64,000 bases of DNA from Zygnema circumcarinatum SAG 698-1b (Eukaryota; Plantae; Zygnematophyceae), in contig CM074823.1 of assembly GCA_037447605.1 (NCBI GenBank), forward strand, positions 1,364,001-1,428,000, in the 5' to 3' direction. The translations under genes were made by a program, and so were the position numbers. A model generated the notes under the pieces. The model was not told the DNA's origin and ran no database searches. It worked only from the letters and a program-made list of their open reading frames with translations. This document shows positions 44,881-64,000 of this stretch, in pieces. How positions within the stretch are numbered: the first letter of the stretch is position 1; every line of letters begins with the position of its first letter.

Positions 44881-46727
44881 GGTCCGACGCTCCAACACAC
44901 GGGGTTGCGCATTCAGGCGGGCGGGCGAGCCCTTGCGCTGCCTGCCTGCCTGCCGCGTGCTGGTGGAGTCGAGTCGACAGCCAGCCATCGCCCCGCGGCC
45001 AGCGAGTAAGTGAGTGTGGCGAGAGTTTGGTGGAATTCTGCGGCGGCTTCTATTCTGGGCCGCGCCATTGCGGCAAGTCGCAGCGTGCAGGCCGCTGCTC
45101 GTTTCTTTCATAGTAGGTCCTTCGCGACCGGTTCTCCATGTTATTGTTTTTGTGCGTTGACATTTGATGGCATCGCCATCGCGAGTTCCATGGCGCATGA
45201 AAAAATTCCAAAAATGCAAGCAATAACGCACGCACGCGCGCACCAAGCCGTGCCTCTAGCGCACAACACAACACAATACACCCGCACGAGCCCGACGACG
45301 GAAGTCACGCTCGGTCGGTCGGTCGGTCGGTCGGTCGGTCGGTCGGTCGCGGTTCAGAGGAACCTTCCTTCCCCAACCGTACGCGCAGCGCCGCCCGAAA
45401 GCAGTACTCTGCGGTGCGCGGTCACACACACGAGCGAATCCCCTCCGAGGCGTGCCACGTGACTGACAGAAGGGTCAGTACACAGCTGTATTCGTACACG
45501 TCGTCCGTACCGTACGGCATGTGCGCGCCTGCCTTCGGCAAGTTTTTGAATTTAGGGTTTTGTAGTTGAGGGAACGAACGAACGGACGGCCTCCCTCCAT
45601 CGGTCGGAGGGCGCCGCGGCGTGTGGGCGAATACGACAAACGGCGTGTCGTGATGAACGCATGGCATGGCATGGCATGCGATGGGTGGAGCCATGGCTGA
45701 CGTCATCCTCCGGCGATGCATTGCGGGCTTGCTGCACCTCTACACGCGAAGGAAGGGGATGGGGAGGCGGCGCGAGGGAGAGGGAGAGGGAGAGGGAGAG
45801 GGAGAGGGGGGGAGAGAGTCGAGCAGAGCGGGAAAATGGAAGAGGGAGTGAGAATGGCGAGGCGTGAGGGGAGAGGACGATGTGAACACGAAGGACAAGG
45901 GACAGAGTGGAGCCGGTTGTCAAAAGCTATGGAAAATTGGAGAATCGAACCAATCGCAAGTTTTTGCCCGTGTGCAGATTTCCCCGGCCATTCGGAGACT
46001 CCAGCGAGGGCAATGCATTTGGACGTCCATTTGCGCCATACAGACGACAGGATTGCATCTTTCTCTGGCTAAGAGGACTCCCAAAGTTCCGCAAAGTTAC
46101 GCTGTCGCCACACGCCACACCACAACTCATTCATCTCTAATTTCCTCGCCTTCGTGATTTCCATGATTGCAGTCCCTCATACAGACGCGGTATCCGCACT
46201 CCCGCTCCAATCCCACCTATCGTAATAAACAACTGTAAAAGAAACGTACTCTCTCTCCTTCATATTCACAAGCTCACCGCGACCGATAGACAGATTGCAT
46301 ATTTGTACAACTCCAACCCAAAACTTTTGACTCACTACCGGTTGCGTTTCTCTCATCTATATGTTTTCCCCTATATCCGAACGCGCTCTGCTGCGGCAGA
46401 GTAACAAGTACGGAAGACGTCCCTCCTCTCGCCTGGCTGAATGAGCGCCACTTGTCAGTGAATACCAATGAGGAGCGGGCGACTTGCCAAGTCACCACAT
46501 CCCTCTGCATGACCGCATAATGTGCACCTACTTTCACTATGTATCTGCACATTTTTCCCTCTTACAGGCTGCTCGGATCATCTAAAGTAAGCTAAGTCTA
46601 CCTTCAACAGCCACCCACTTGTCTCTGCTTTCTGTTCTGCTCACTCTAATCTAACCACTTCTCACCTTTTGACCGAGACAGGAAAAACGCTGAATCAAAA
46701 TAGTTCAGCCTCTCTGCTCCCCCTCCT

Positions 46728-46840
46728 CCTTCTTCTTCTACTTCTTCGTCGTCTTCTTCTTCTTCTTCTTCTTCTTCTTCTTCTTCTTCTTCTTCTTCTT
46801 CTTCTTCTTCTTCTTCTTCTTCTTCTCCTTCTTCTTCTTC
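46728..46840. repeat. (CTT)n microsatellite just downstream of the membrane-protein stop codon
   Basis: About 35 units. Confidence 0.95.
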
Positions 46841-46889
46841 ATGGAGCACTCTCTCCGCCGTACTCCCTCCTCCTCTCCTCCTAGACAGC

Positions 46890-49494
46890 CTAGGCCGTCT
46901 CTCTGACTGCTCCCGGGTACGTCGTGTACGGAGGCGGCACTGAGCCCGGCGGCCCTCCTCTGAAGGGCGTGGCCCCGGGCAGACCGTAGTAAGGGTTTAT
47001 GCCCCGCGCCGCCAACACGCGGTCCGTACGCTGCCGCCGGAGACACGAACAAATGGTCGCAAACGCCGCCACCATCAGAATGAAACTGAGCATGGAGCCG
47101 CCGTAGAAGCCGACGGACCGAAGCGGGTTGTCGGAAACCACTAGCATGCGCCGGCGATGAGGCAGTAAGACATCGGCGGATAGCGAGGCGGCGTCTCCCT
47201 CTGAAAATGCGATAGAGATAACGTCGCTGAGCTCGTGGTTTGACGCATCCTCAGTGGACTCCGGGGAAGGCTGCCCGGCGGCTTGCAGGTATGTGGAGAG
47301 GGTAGATTCCGTTAATTTCGGGTCGTCCCCTTCTTCCAAAATGCTCTCGAGGAGGCCCTGAAAGGAGGGCATGCCCTCTATTAGGTCGCCAGAGTCGCCC
47401 GTCATCTCGCTGGAGAGCAGAGCCGCCGTGAGAGGGACGGCGGCGAGTAGGCGGCCGCGGGAGACGGCAGGATGCTCTCCGCCGCTCAAAGAAGAATCTG
47501 CTTCTGTTCATCACTCCCCCCCACATCACAGCCCAAACGAACATCACTGGTTCAGAGGGCTAGGAGGTATCGTTAAGAGAAGAGGGCGTGGCAACTACTG
47601 ACAGTGCAGAATTAGGTCAAAGCCATTAAAGTCCCTTACCCCTTACATTAGTCAGTCTGCCATCATCGATCTAGATTCCCACAAAGCCTAAGGATTTGTC
47701 CCAACTGGGCAGAATCTGACCATAGCAAACTGGCAGCAGCAGACAGGACGTACTCCAAAGTTGTACAAGTTAAGTTTAAGTTAAGTTTTAGTTTAAGTTG
47801 TTTAAGTTAAGTTTTTTTCCTGAGTCAAGGACTCACCAGCACGCCTGAACGTGCTGCTGGGATACAACCCCACCCCGCGTTGCAAACCTCCCAACAGCCC
47901 CCTCCGTTCTGCCACACCTTCGCCCGAAACTGCCCCGAAGTGGTGAGCAGAAACAGCCGCCATTCTCCCCGACCTCTCCCACGCTGCACCCTCCTCCTGC
48001 TCCCCTGCCTTCAAACGCACCCCCCCCTGCCCCCCCGACAACAGCCCCCTCCTCGCCGCCTCCTTCTCCTCCTCCATTGCCTTCTTAGCGAAACGCGGCC
48101 GCACCGCTCCGACTCCCAAACCCGCTGCGGAAATTGAAACTGTTTCCGGTCCACTCAGAAGCGAACGGTCGCGATTTGCCCCCGGTAGAGCTGCCGATGG
48201 TGCTGATTCGCTGATCTCGTGCTTGGAAGTTGGGGTGCTGTCTGAATCGGAGGGGAGGTGGAGGACACGTGGAGGGTTTATCTGTTCGGTGTTGTCCAGT
48301 TTGAGGTGGTTGTCGCTGTCGTGAGAGGAGAGGGAGGGTTCAGTCTCTTCAGCTGCTGCGGCAGCGTTCAGAAGGAGATCGCTGTTCAAGGGTGCGGTGA
48401 GGAGAGGGCGGTCCGTCTGTCTGCTGCAGTCGTGAGTGCACGCGAAGACAAAGCTGCCTCCTGCGTGAGGGAGTGAAAACAAAAGGAGGCAGTTGACAGA
48501 AATTCGTATCGTTTTTAGCAGTGAGCTTAACTTCACACTTTGAGCAGCAGCGCTACAAGCCTAAATAGTTCACGCTAACCACTTGGCATTCCGCTGGGGA
48601 GCTTATGCAATTCACCTAGGAAGGGGTGCCCAATTTTAGTGCAACTTTTTAGGTCCGTTTATACTATGGAGGAGCTATGGTTACCTAGGGGGGTGGGGAC
48701 GCACATACCATTCATGGAATTTAGAGAATGCTAAGTAGAAATACAGAAGTACATAAGGAAAAAGCAGAGCCGCCCGAGGGCTCAACTGACCGTTCTGCAG
48801 CGACCGCTGCGGGTGGAACACCGCGCATTCGCTGCTGACGTCACACATCTGCAAAAGCACCCGCCCGCCCCCAATGAGCGTCGGAGCATGGCCCCCCTCC
48901 TCTCCACCCCCCCTCCCCCCTCCTTTCCTCTTGCCTCAATTATTTATAGCCTCTGCAGAAAGTGAGTGGTCGTTTTCCAAAAACGAGTTTCGGGCCGACG
49001 TCTGTTCAGACGTGTGCTCACAGAGCGCGCGCGTGCCTGCAGGAGGGGGGCTGAACAAAATCGCATTGCTTTCCGCCACTCTCCCCTATCCTCTGCTCAC
49101 CTTTCCTCTTTAATGATGCTATTTTATTTTCATTTTTCGACTCTTCACATAGATCGCTAGCTTCACTCCTCTCCTCTCCTTTCCTCTCCGTTCTGCTTTG
49201 CAGCATGTTTCGCTTCTATCCTCGCTTGTCATTTTCTCTCTCTCACTCTCTCTCCATTCCCCTGCCTCTTTCCCGCTCGGTCCTCCCTCTGACTGCCCCC
49301 TCCATCACACGCACCGTGCATTCATCCAAGCAGCGCTCCATGGCGGCTTGCTCCGTCCCAGTGACCGCCATGCATGCCTCCGCAGCGCCCGCCAGCTGGC
49401 ACCCCCGAGCGGCCGTTGCAGCCATGGCCGCCAAAAGGAGGAGTGCGGAGGAGAGCCGCAGAAGGAGCCGCGACCCCTCGAGCACAGCAGCCAT
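46890..49494 (-). CDS. Uncharacterised type-I membrane protein, 491 aa: signal peptide, 8-Cys domain, RxxL-punctuated ectodomain, TM helix, Pro/Tyr-rich tail
   Basis: Exons 49494-49315, 48848-48791, 48460-47837, 47503-46890 join with consistent phases (0, 1, 1) at GT-AG sites. TM segment GFYGGSMLSFILMVAAFATICSCL is followed by RRQR. Confidence 0.75.
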
Positions 49495-50875
49495 GGCTGG
49501 CGTTCCTTTGCAAGAGGGCGATCCCTCCTTTTTTCAGATTTTCTTTCCTTCTTTCTTCCTCTTGCCACTCCTCTTTCTCTCTCCCCCTTTCTCTCCCCTC
49601 TCTCTCTCCGCCCCTCTCTCTCTCGCCCCCTCTCTCTCCCTCTCCCCCCCTCTCTCACTCTCCTTCCCTCCCTCTCTCTCGTCTCCACTCCCTACTCAGC
49701 GGGCTCGGACAGCTGGAGCACAGCCTTTGGGCCGCCCGCTCCCTCTCCGGACCTCGACATCGTCGGTCGGGCGCCGGCTCGGGACGGGCCCGCGCGCTGC
49801 GAGGGCGGCTCGGACGCCTTTCGAACCTGTGATTCAGGCTCGGGGCAGGCCCGGGCAGGCGGCCTCGTGTCGGCGCTATGGCTCCCGAGAGCGGTCGTGG
49901 CGTCGCGCCAAACCCCGCCGACAGGAGGCGGTACCCTGTGGGACACGTGGCGGCAAATCGCTGACGGCGTCACTCACCAAATGTCGGCGGCCAATGGGAG
50001 CGCGCGGCAAAGTCGGCGCGACCGCGCGCGCGCACCGCCCAGGCTTGAGAAAAGTGACGTGGCGTTACGCGATTGGCGCGGCGGCGCAGGCTACTCTTGG
50101 AAAGGAGTACCGCGCCATCTGGGCGACCCAGGGCGTCTGTTTGGTCTGACCGCGAGCGAGCGAGGGCGTGTTCGCGGGCGGGCGGGGGCTCGGATCGAGG
50201 GCGGAGGGAGGGAGGGAGGGAGGGAGGGNNNNNNNNNNAGGGAGGGAGGGAGGGAGGGAGGGAGGGAGGCGGACACTGGCAGTGGCAGTGGGAGAAGTCA
50301 GACTTCCTCCCGCGCTGGGCTGCTCGTTGCCGGTGCCTCCTGTGGAAAGTGGTTTGTGTTGCCATCCATCAGACTGCGCCATGCGACTCATTCCACCCCA
50401 CGCTCAGAATGACCCGTTCGGGCAATATAAATGATTTAATGGAAAATCCCGAGCACAGATTACTGTACGTGCAGCAACACGCCCCATTCGCTGCCACGCG
50501 TGGCCGCGTCTAAAGCCCACCCCGCTCCCTCCCTCCCTCCCGCTACCGCAGCCTCACGAGGCACCGCAAAAACTCCATCCGTACCGCGCAGCCCTTTGCG
50601 AAGGAGAGGGAAGAACAGCGAATAGACTTGGCAGCTGCCGAGGTTAGCAAGACCCACAACTTTGCGCTTATTATAAAATAAGATATTCCTGCAGTTCCGG
50701 CACAACTAAACTACGTTCATGCGGTCGCAGGCAGCAGCTTGCTATTATTCTTGGAGGGGGACGATGGCCTTCAGAAAACAAACAAACAAACAAACACAAA
50801 AAGGAAACTGTTGGTAGGGTCACCTGTAAAACCTCAAAACAAAACTTTAAAGCTCCAACAACTTCCAAACAAAGG

Positions 50876-53800
50876 TCAGGGAACATCCGACGAGCTCACC
50901 CCCTGCGCGCCGCCTCCTTCCCCTCCCTCCCCTCTCTCCCTTCCCTCCCCTCTCTCCCCTCCCTCCCCTCCCTCCCCTCCCTCCCCTCCCTCCCTTCTCT
51001 CCCCTCCCTCCCCTCCCTCCCCTCTCTCCCCTCTCTCACATTCCTCCCTTCTCTCCCCTCTCTCCCCTCCCNNNNNNNNNNCCCCTCCCTCCCCTCCCTC
51101 CCCTCCCTCCCCTCTCTCCCCTCTCTCCCCTCCCTCCCCTCCCTCCAGCAGCTCCGTCTCCCTCGCTGCCCGCAGCACTCTGCTTTTCGTCCCGCGCTTG
51201 GGAGGCCGCAGCGCTTCTGGAAGCCTCTCCCTGTGCAGCAGGTGACGTCAACCCAGTTATCCGCACAAAGGGAATCGGTACTTGCACAATCCAACATTGG
51301 CATTGTTCGAAGGCGCCAAACGCACGTACCTGACTGAGGGTAGCTCCACCACAAACATTCCGTTCAACGCCCAACCGGCCCATTCTCCAAACTTCTGTAA
51401 TAGCAAGTACGAATGTTCAGCTTTAAAAAAAAACATGCGGGGAATGATGCTTGAACAATGGAAAGAAAGAGAATCTGATTTTGATGTGTTCAAATAATGC
51501 AAAAGGGCAGAAGGTCTGCTTGGCCTGTTTGGAAATGCCATCATCCAACTGTTATTTTTCCGGATTAGGATGCTGAGAGTTACAGGCGCTCAGGCTGGTT
51601 GATTTCAAGTGTCTGAAAACGATAGAGTTTCCAGCCGGTTGCTCTGAATGCAAACATACTTCCATATTTGTAACAGCAGAGAAAGGAGCGAGGCTCTGAC
51701 CTCCACAAACAAGGACTCGAGAGACTCTCGAACTCGCTTTGTGAGGTTCTTCCCCTCCAATTCAGGCGCGTAATAACGAACAGCCAACTGCCCACAAAGG
51801 AAGAAAACCAACCCGTTCAACATCTTCCATTGCCCCCCCTTCCTGCAGGCCCTGCCTACCCTAAAACCCACCCGACCAGCCCTAAACCCCCTACCTACGA
51901 CCGACTTCGCGCCCCTGCCCTTTGGGAGAGCGGCCGTGCCTGCCACACGTGCGTGTCTAGGGGCACCGCCGCGTGGTGGTCCAGCGCGAATAGCGCCACA
52001 CAGGCGGCGACCTTCGGGCCCACGCCGGGCAGGTCCTGCAGCCGCGAGGAGGCCTCCGCTAGGGGCACACCCCGCAGGGCCGCCAGCCACTCAGCGCCAC
52101 CCTCCGACTCTGCTCCCGCACGCGCCACGTGGCGCAGTCACGTCCGTTCATCAGGACCATCATCATCATCATCATCATCATCAGCACATGGCCGCTGCGG
52201 CGGGTGTGGGCAGTCGGGCTCGCGAGGGGAGGGGAGGGGAGGGGAGGGGAGGGGAGGGGGAGGGGGAGGGGGAGGGGGAGGGGGAGGGGAGGGGAGGGGA
52301 GGGGAGGGGGAGGGGGAGGGGAGGGGGAGGGGAGGGGAGGGAGGGGGAGGGGGAGGGGGAGGGGGAGGGGAGGGGAGAGGGAGGGGAGGGGAGGGGAGGG
52401 GAGGGAGGGGAGGGGGAGGGGAGGGGAGGGGAGGGGAGGGGGGGAGGGGAGGGGAGGGGAGGGGAGGGCGAGGGGGAGAGGGAGGGGGGAGGGGAGGGGA
52501 GGTGGAGGGGAGGGGGAGGGGAGGGGAGGGGAGGGGAGGGGAGGGGAGGGGAGGGGGGGAGGGGGAGGGGGAGGGGAGGGGAGTGGGGAGGGGGAGGGGG
52601 AGGGGGAGGGGAGGGGGAGGGGGAGGTGGAGGGGAGGGGGAGGGGGAGGGGGAGGGGGAGGGGGATGCGGAGGGGGAAGGGGAGGGAGGGGGAGGGGGAG
52701 GGGCAGCTCACTTCCGAGGAGTATTTCCGCAGCGCCGCGTATGTACTTCGCGCGATACCCAAATCCACTCTCGCGAAGTTGCTCCTCCGCTATTCCCGCC
52801 ACCTGCACTTCACGTTCCTTTCAGTTCTGCATCGTTCATCGTTCATGCAGCAAGCATCGCGAGCAGTTCAAAAGCCCACAAAGGAGAAGCGTACTCCTCT
52901 TAGAGGACTATGTCTCTAAAAGGAGCACGCCTCTGAATGTGAGAGAGGAGGGGAGGGAGGGAGGGCAGAGCGAGGAGAATGCTCACCTGTTCGACTGTCG
53001 GAAATTTGTGCCAGTTACGGCCTCCGGCGTTTCCGAGATATTCTCCGAAGCTCGCAATGGTGTCAACCATGCCTGATGTCGGATGTTCATGTTCATTCGT
53101 CTTATGAGAAAAGTTTGGGTTCATGACCGCCACAATGTCGATTAAAGTGCAGGTAGAGCCCGGCAGGACTCAAAGGTATAGGAGTAAGCAGTAGAGAAAT
53201 TTGAAAGGAACTGTGACGAAAGAAAGTAAACGACAAGGCATGAACGAAGGAAAGCAAGCCTACCTGTTATTCGGGCAATGTTGTTATTCGACGAACATAT
53301 GAATTGAAATAAGCACTCCACCGGATCCTTCATGGATGAAGGAAAGCAAAGAAAAACAGAAAGAAGGGAAAGAGAAAGTCATGATTTAGCCCCATTCCAA
53401 AACAAAAAGCTCTCACCAAGCCTAAAGAAATCAGCAGACTGCTGCAAGTTTGCGCAACAAACAATGGTGCCCAAAAAAAAAAAAAAGAACCATACACCTT
53501 CATCCAAATAAATCGGCCGTTTCCATTTTTCCTTTTCCTTTTGTTTCGGGCAATAAGTCACCTGTCGCAGAAGTCGACTTCCAACGATAAAGGGCGCCAC
53601 GTCGGCAAATCGGGTATCTCTATCAGAGAAATTTGCCCACCTGAAGAAGGGAGATTTAAGAGGGTATGAGAGAGAAGGGGGTACGGAGGAAAAGTTCTGT
53701 TCTTCACACGTTCTGCCATTCTTAAATTCAGCATTCGAATAGACCTTTTCAACAAGCGTGGAATGGAAACGAAGCTCAATACTTCATTACAGTTCATCGT

Positions 53801-55406
53801 GATGCTCACATCTCTCGAGTTGATATGTGGAGATTGAAATATTCTTTTAAAGCCTCAACCGCCCGCAGTTCGTCCTCCAAAGTGAACTCCCTTTCTCCAC
53901 ATCGAGAGAAGGAGATACCTCTCTGGTCAACTCCCTCCCTTTTGAAGAGCCTTCTACTGCTATGCCCCCTTCTATTGACGCAAATCGAGTGCCATCCACG
54001 GGCGCACGGCATCTCCGGATGTTCTCTGTAATTGCGCGGATGAAGAAAGTATAGAATTTCATCGTTTGTCTTCACATTTTGAAAAAGGAGCACAGCCATG
54101 ACAGCGAACAACCCCAAACACGTTTCAGTTTTCCCAACTTGACGCATCTGTATCTCGATCATGATGCTATCGACGATCGCCACTCCGTCGAATGAAAATC
54201 CATCCCATCTCGACTTCATCTCACTAACGTGATTACCAAACTAGTTAACAAAGAACAGCAAAAAAAGAGCAAGAGCGCCCCAACGTTCGGTCACCTGTCG
54301 CAATGTGACAAGGAATGATCGGACAACACCAGTATATTCTTTCGTGCCCGTCTTCTGCCACCTGTTGCACACACATGCGCATGCCCAAAAAGAGACGTTT
54401 AAGCTCATGCTAAAGCGTATAAGCTTTATCCACTGCTTTACATACAATTTGGCCTAAACCAGCGCCATTGTCACTCTATGGAGATATCAACCCAACAATA
54501 GCAACCGGCATTCTCCTTATATCTAATCGAGAACTAATCCTACAGACCATTCGGGTATATGAAGATGACACAGCAAGCGTTTTTGAAATGTTAGAAATTT
54601 GGGGCGTGTGTTGTTCGAGTGCGTTTGCGTTCGATAGAAAGTGGCAAAGGTGGAGAGAGAGGGTGAGGGAGAGGGGGAGAGAACGAGAAAGGAAGAGAGA
54701 GGAAGAGAGACCGAGCTAGGAAAGAGAGATAAGTGCACCGGAACGTCTGCCCTGTGGGCAGCGTGAGGTCCAAGTCGAGCTCCTCCGGGCCGATCCCTAA
54801 GCTCCTCCACTTCTTCCTCTCCCCCCCGCCATGCTCCACTATTGCGCCCCCATGGCTACTCCCCTCTCTCTCTCGCATTTCCTCCCTCACAACAATGGCG
54901 CCTCCCACTCCCTTTCCGGCAGACTTTGCGCTCCTCGAGCTCCTTCTCACCCATGCCTGCTCCCTTTCCCTCCCCCCATTCTCCTTCGCCTCCTCTTTGC
55001 AAAGCGCAGCAGTAGCCTCTCCCTCTCCTTCCTCCACTTTCACTCGCGCGCCTCTCCTTCTCTTCACTGGCGCAGACTCTGAACCCTCGCCACTCTCCGC
55101 ACCTGCTCCTCCCACCCTGTCGTTCTCCCTCTCCTTCTCCCTCCTCCTCGCCCTCTTCCTCCCAACCTTCACCTCCTCTCTGACTGCGCACGGCTCCTTC
55201 CCCAGCTCCTCCTCGTCGCCCACACCCACGTCCAGCTCAACCTTCACCTTGACCTCCGCCTTCGCAAGCCCCAGAAAGTCCTCCTGTTTCACCTCCACCT
55301 TCACCCCCCCCGCCCCACTGGAAAACCCCAAAACCCTCGGCATTGCAGCAGCGTTCAGGGAGCTCCTTGGTCCCGCTTCCCTTCTCAACTGACAGAGGGA
55401 AGTCAT
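50876..55406 (-). CDS. OGG1: 8-oxoguanine DNA glycosylase (HhH-GPD), 11 exons, long N-terminal extension
   Basis: Exons 55406-54739, 54361-54295, 54069-53810, 53640-53562, 53327-53264, 53072-52987, 52802-52712, 52109-51940, 51787-51701, 51394-51330, 51230-~50876. Motifs [57 protein letters not shown] (catalytic K), VPLDTHVWQ (catalytic D), GEWAGWA. The last exon crosses a gap, so its end is uncertain. Confidence 0.95.
52226..52703 (+). repeat. (GGGGA/GGGGGA)n G-tract array filling OGG1 intron 7
   Basis: About 480 bp of G3-G6 runs with 1-nt spacers. Confidence 0.95.
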
Positions 55407-56123
55407 GGCGGCGGAACGGAGGCAGCGAGGGGGGAGGGGGGGCGCTAAGCAGCCATGGCGGAGAGGGAGACGCGAGGGAAAGTATCTCCGCAGAGTGGGG
55501 AGTCGGGGCAGCGCGAGGAAGCCACGTGGCATGCCTGGGAGGTAGCGGCACCCCTCTCTCGGCAGGAGGAGCGGCGAGGAGCGGGCGGGATGGAGGCTGC
55601 TACCGGCCGGCGACTAACTTGGTCGGTCAGCCGCGGACTGGACTCGGACTCACTCACTCGAACATGGTGCGCCAACCATTGGCGCAGGCTGGCCAGGTGC
55701 GCCAACCATTGGCCGGGAACGTATCCCCAGTGTGCCAACCATTGGCGGGGAAACGTATCCCGGGTGCGCCAACCATTGAAGGGGAACGTATCCCCCCCTC
55801 TTTCTGGACCAGGCGGCCTCGCGCTGACGTGGCGCACATGTCCCTGCCGGGCCACGTGGACGCGCGCAAGCGGGGCCACGTGGCCCCGCCCGTGGCCCCG
55901 CCGGGCTCTGCCCTGCGCTGCCCGCCTGCGCCCACATTTGCACGCCATCCATCCATCCGCAGGGAGGGGGTTGGGGGTCAGGGCAGGGCAGAGCGGGGCC
56001 TTTAGAGTCGCGCTGAGGGGCTGTAGAAGGGCGCGGGGTTCAGTGGCGCAGGGCTAGGGTTAGGGTTAGGGTTGCGCGGGGCCGTGTGAGGAAGAAAGTG
56101 AGTGAGTGCAGGAGCAGGCAGCC
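55407..56123. promoter_or_regulatory. Shared divergent promoter of OGG1 and SPP, with G-box palindromes, CCAACCATTGG repeats and a TAGGGT tract
   Basis: 717 bp between divergent ATGs. GCCACGTGG(C/A) at 55521, 55851, 55875; four TG(C/T)GCCAACCATTG units at 55667-55780; tagggttagggttagggtt at ~56056-56073. Confidence 0.6.
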
Positions 56124-63683
<7,560 letters not shown>

Positions 63684-64000
63684 GTGAAGGGTGTTCAATG
63701 CCTTCTTTTTCATTTTGGAGGCTCGCATTTCTTACTTCCCTTTCAGTTCTTTGTTCTGACCCCTTTTGTTCTTTCAGCTTTGGCGCCTGCGCTTCTACTT
63801 TTCTTCCGGTTGAAGAGCAGTGGGAAGGGCAGGTGATTATGAGGAATGTAGGGAAGGAGGGAGGGTGAGTGTACGGAGAGGAAGGGGAGAGGATTATGAG
63901 TAGTCATAGTTATAAAGATGGGTTTTTTTGCTGTTAGCTGCAGATCTGTATAAGAAACACTTCTGAATCCATCGCCGTTTCCGTTTAAAACGCATTGAAC

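Noticed and set aside
45300-46300. Possible small gene(s) between the satellite and the membrane-protein gene
   Set aside because: Only short ORFs with repeat-derived segments and no supported splice chain or homology.
49198-50513. 404-aa and 314-aa plus-strand ORFs
   Set aside because: They overlap exon 1 of the membrane protein in antisense, a CT tract, a GC-rich promoter region and an N gap; no protein-like features.

Overview
Eukaryotic nuclear DNA from a green plant. The land-plant-like genes, short GT-AG introns and telobox-like AAACCCT repeats suggest a streptophyte alga (inference). It is a gapped draft scaffold with three 100-N gaps and ten ~10-N gaps. About 13 intron-containing or single-exon genes were reconstructed by hand from splice sites and reading phase: a DUF2358 protein, PDIL5-1-like thioredoxin, TrmL/SpoU tRNA methyltransferase, an orphan membrane protein, an RLCK-type probable pseudokinase, BUD23, an extensin-like fragment, plastid ferredoxin, three O-fucosyltransferase-like genes, an uncharacterised Cys-rich type-I membrane precursor, OGG1, and the 5' part of stromal processing peptidase. 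Most ORFs in the supplied track are artefacts of CT/GA-rich introns and microsatellites. Main oddities: (1) BUD23 is split onto opposite strands exactly at two 100-N gaps, so the 13.3-kb contig between them is probably inverted. (2) A membrane-anchored Cys-rich precursor carries six RxxL protease-type sites and a PPPY tail. (3) A MITE family forms a head-to-tail train with AWT target duplications, near gene 5' ends. (4) The TrmL gene lacks a core exon, has a compensated double frameshift and carries an intronic tRNA-like element. (5) The kinase has DFG replaced by GLG and a coiled-coil insert. Family assignments rest on remembered motifs; no database search was run.
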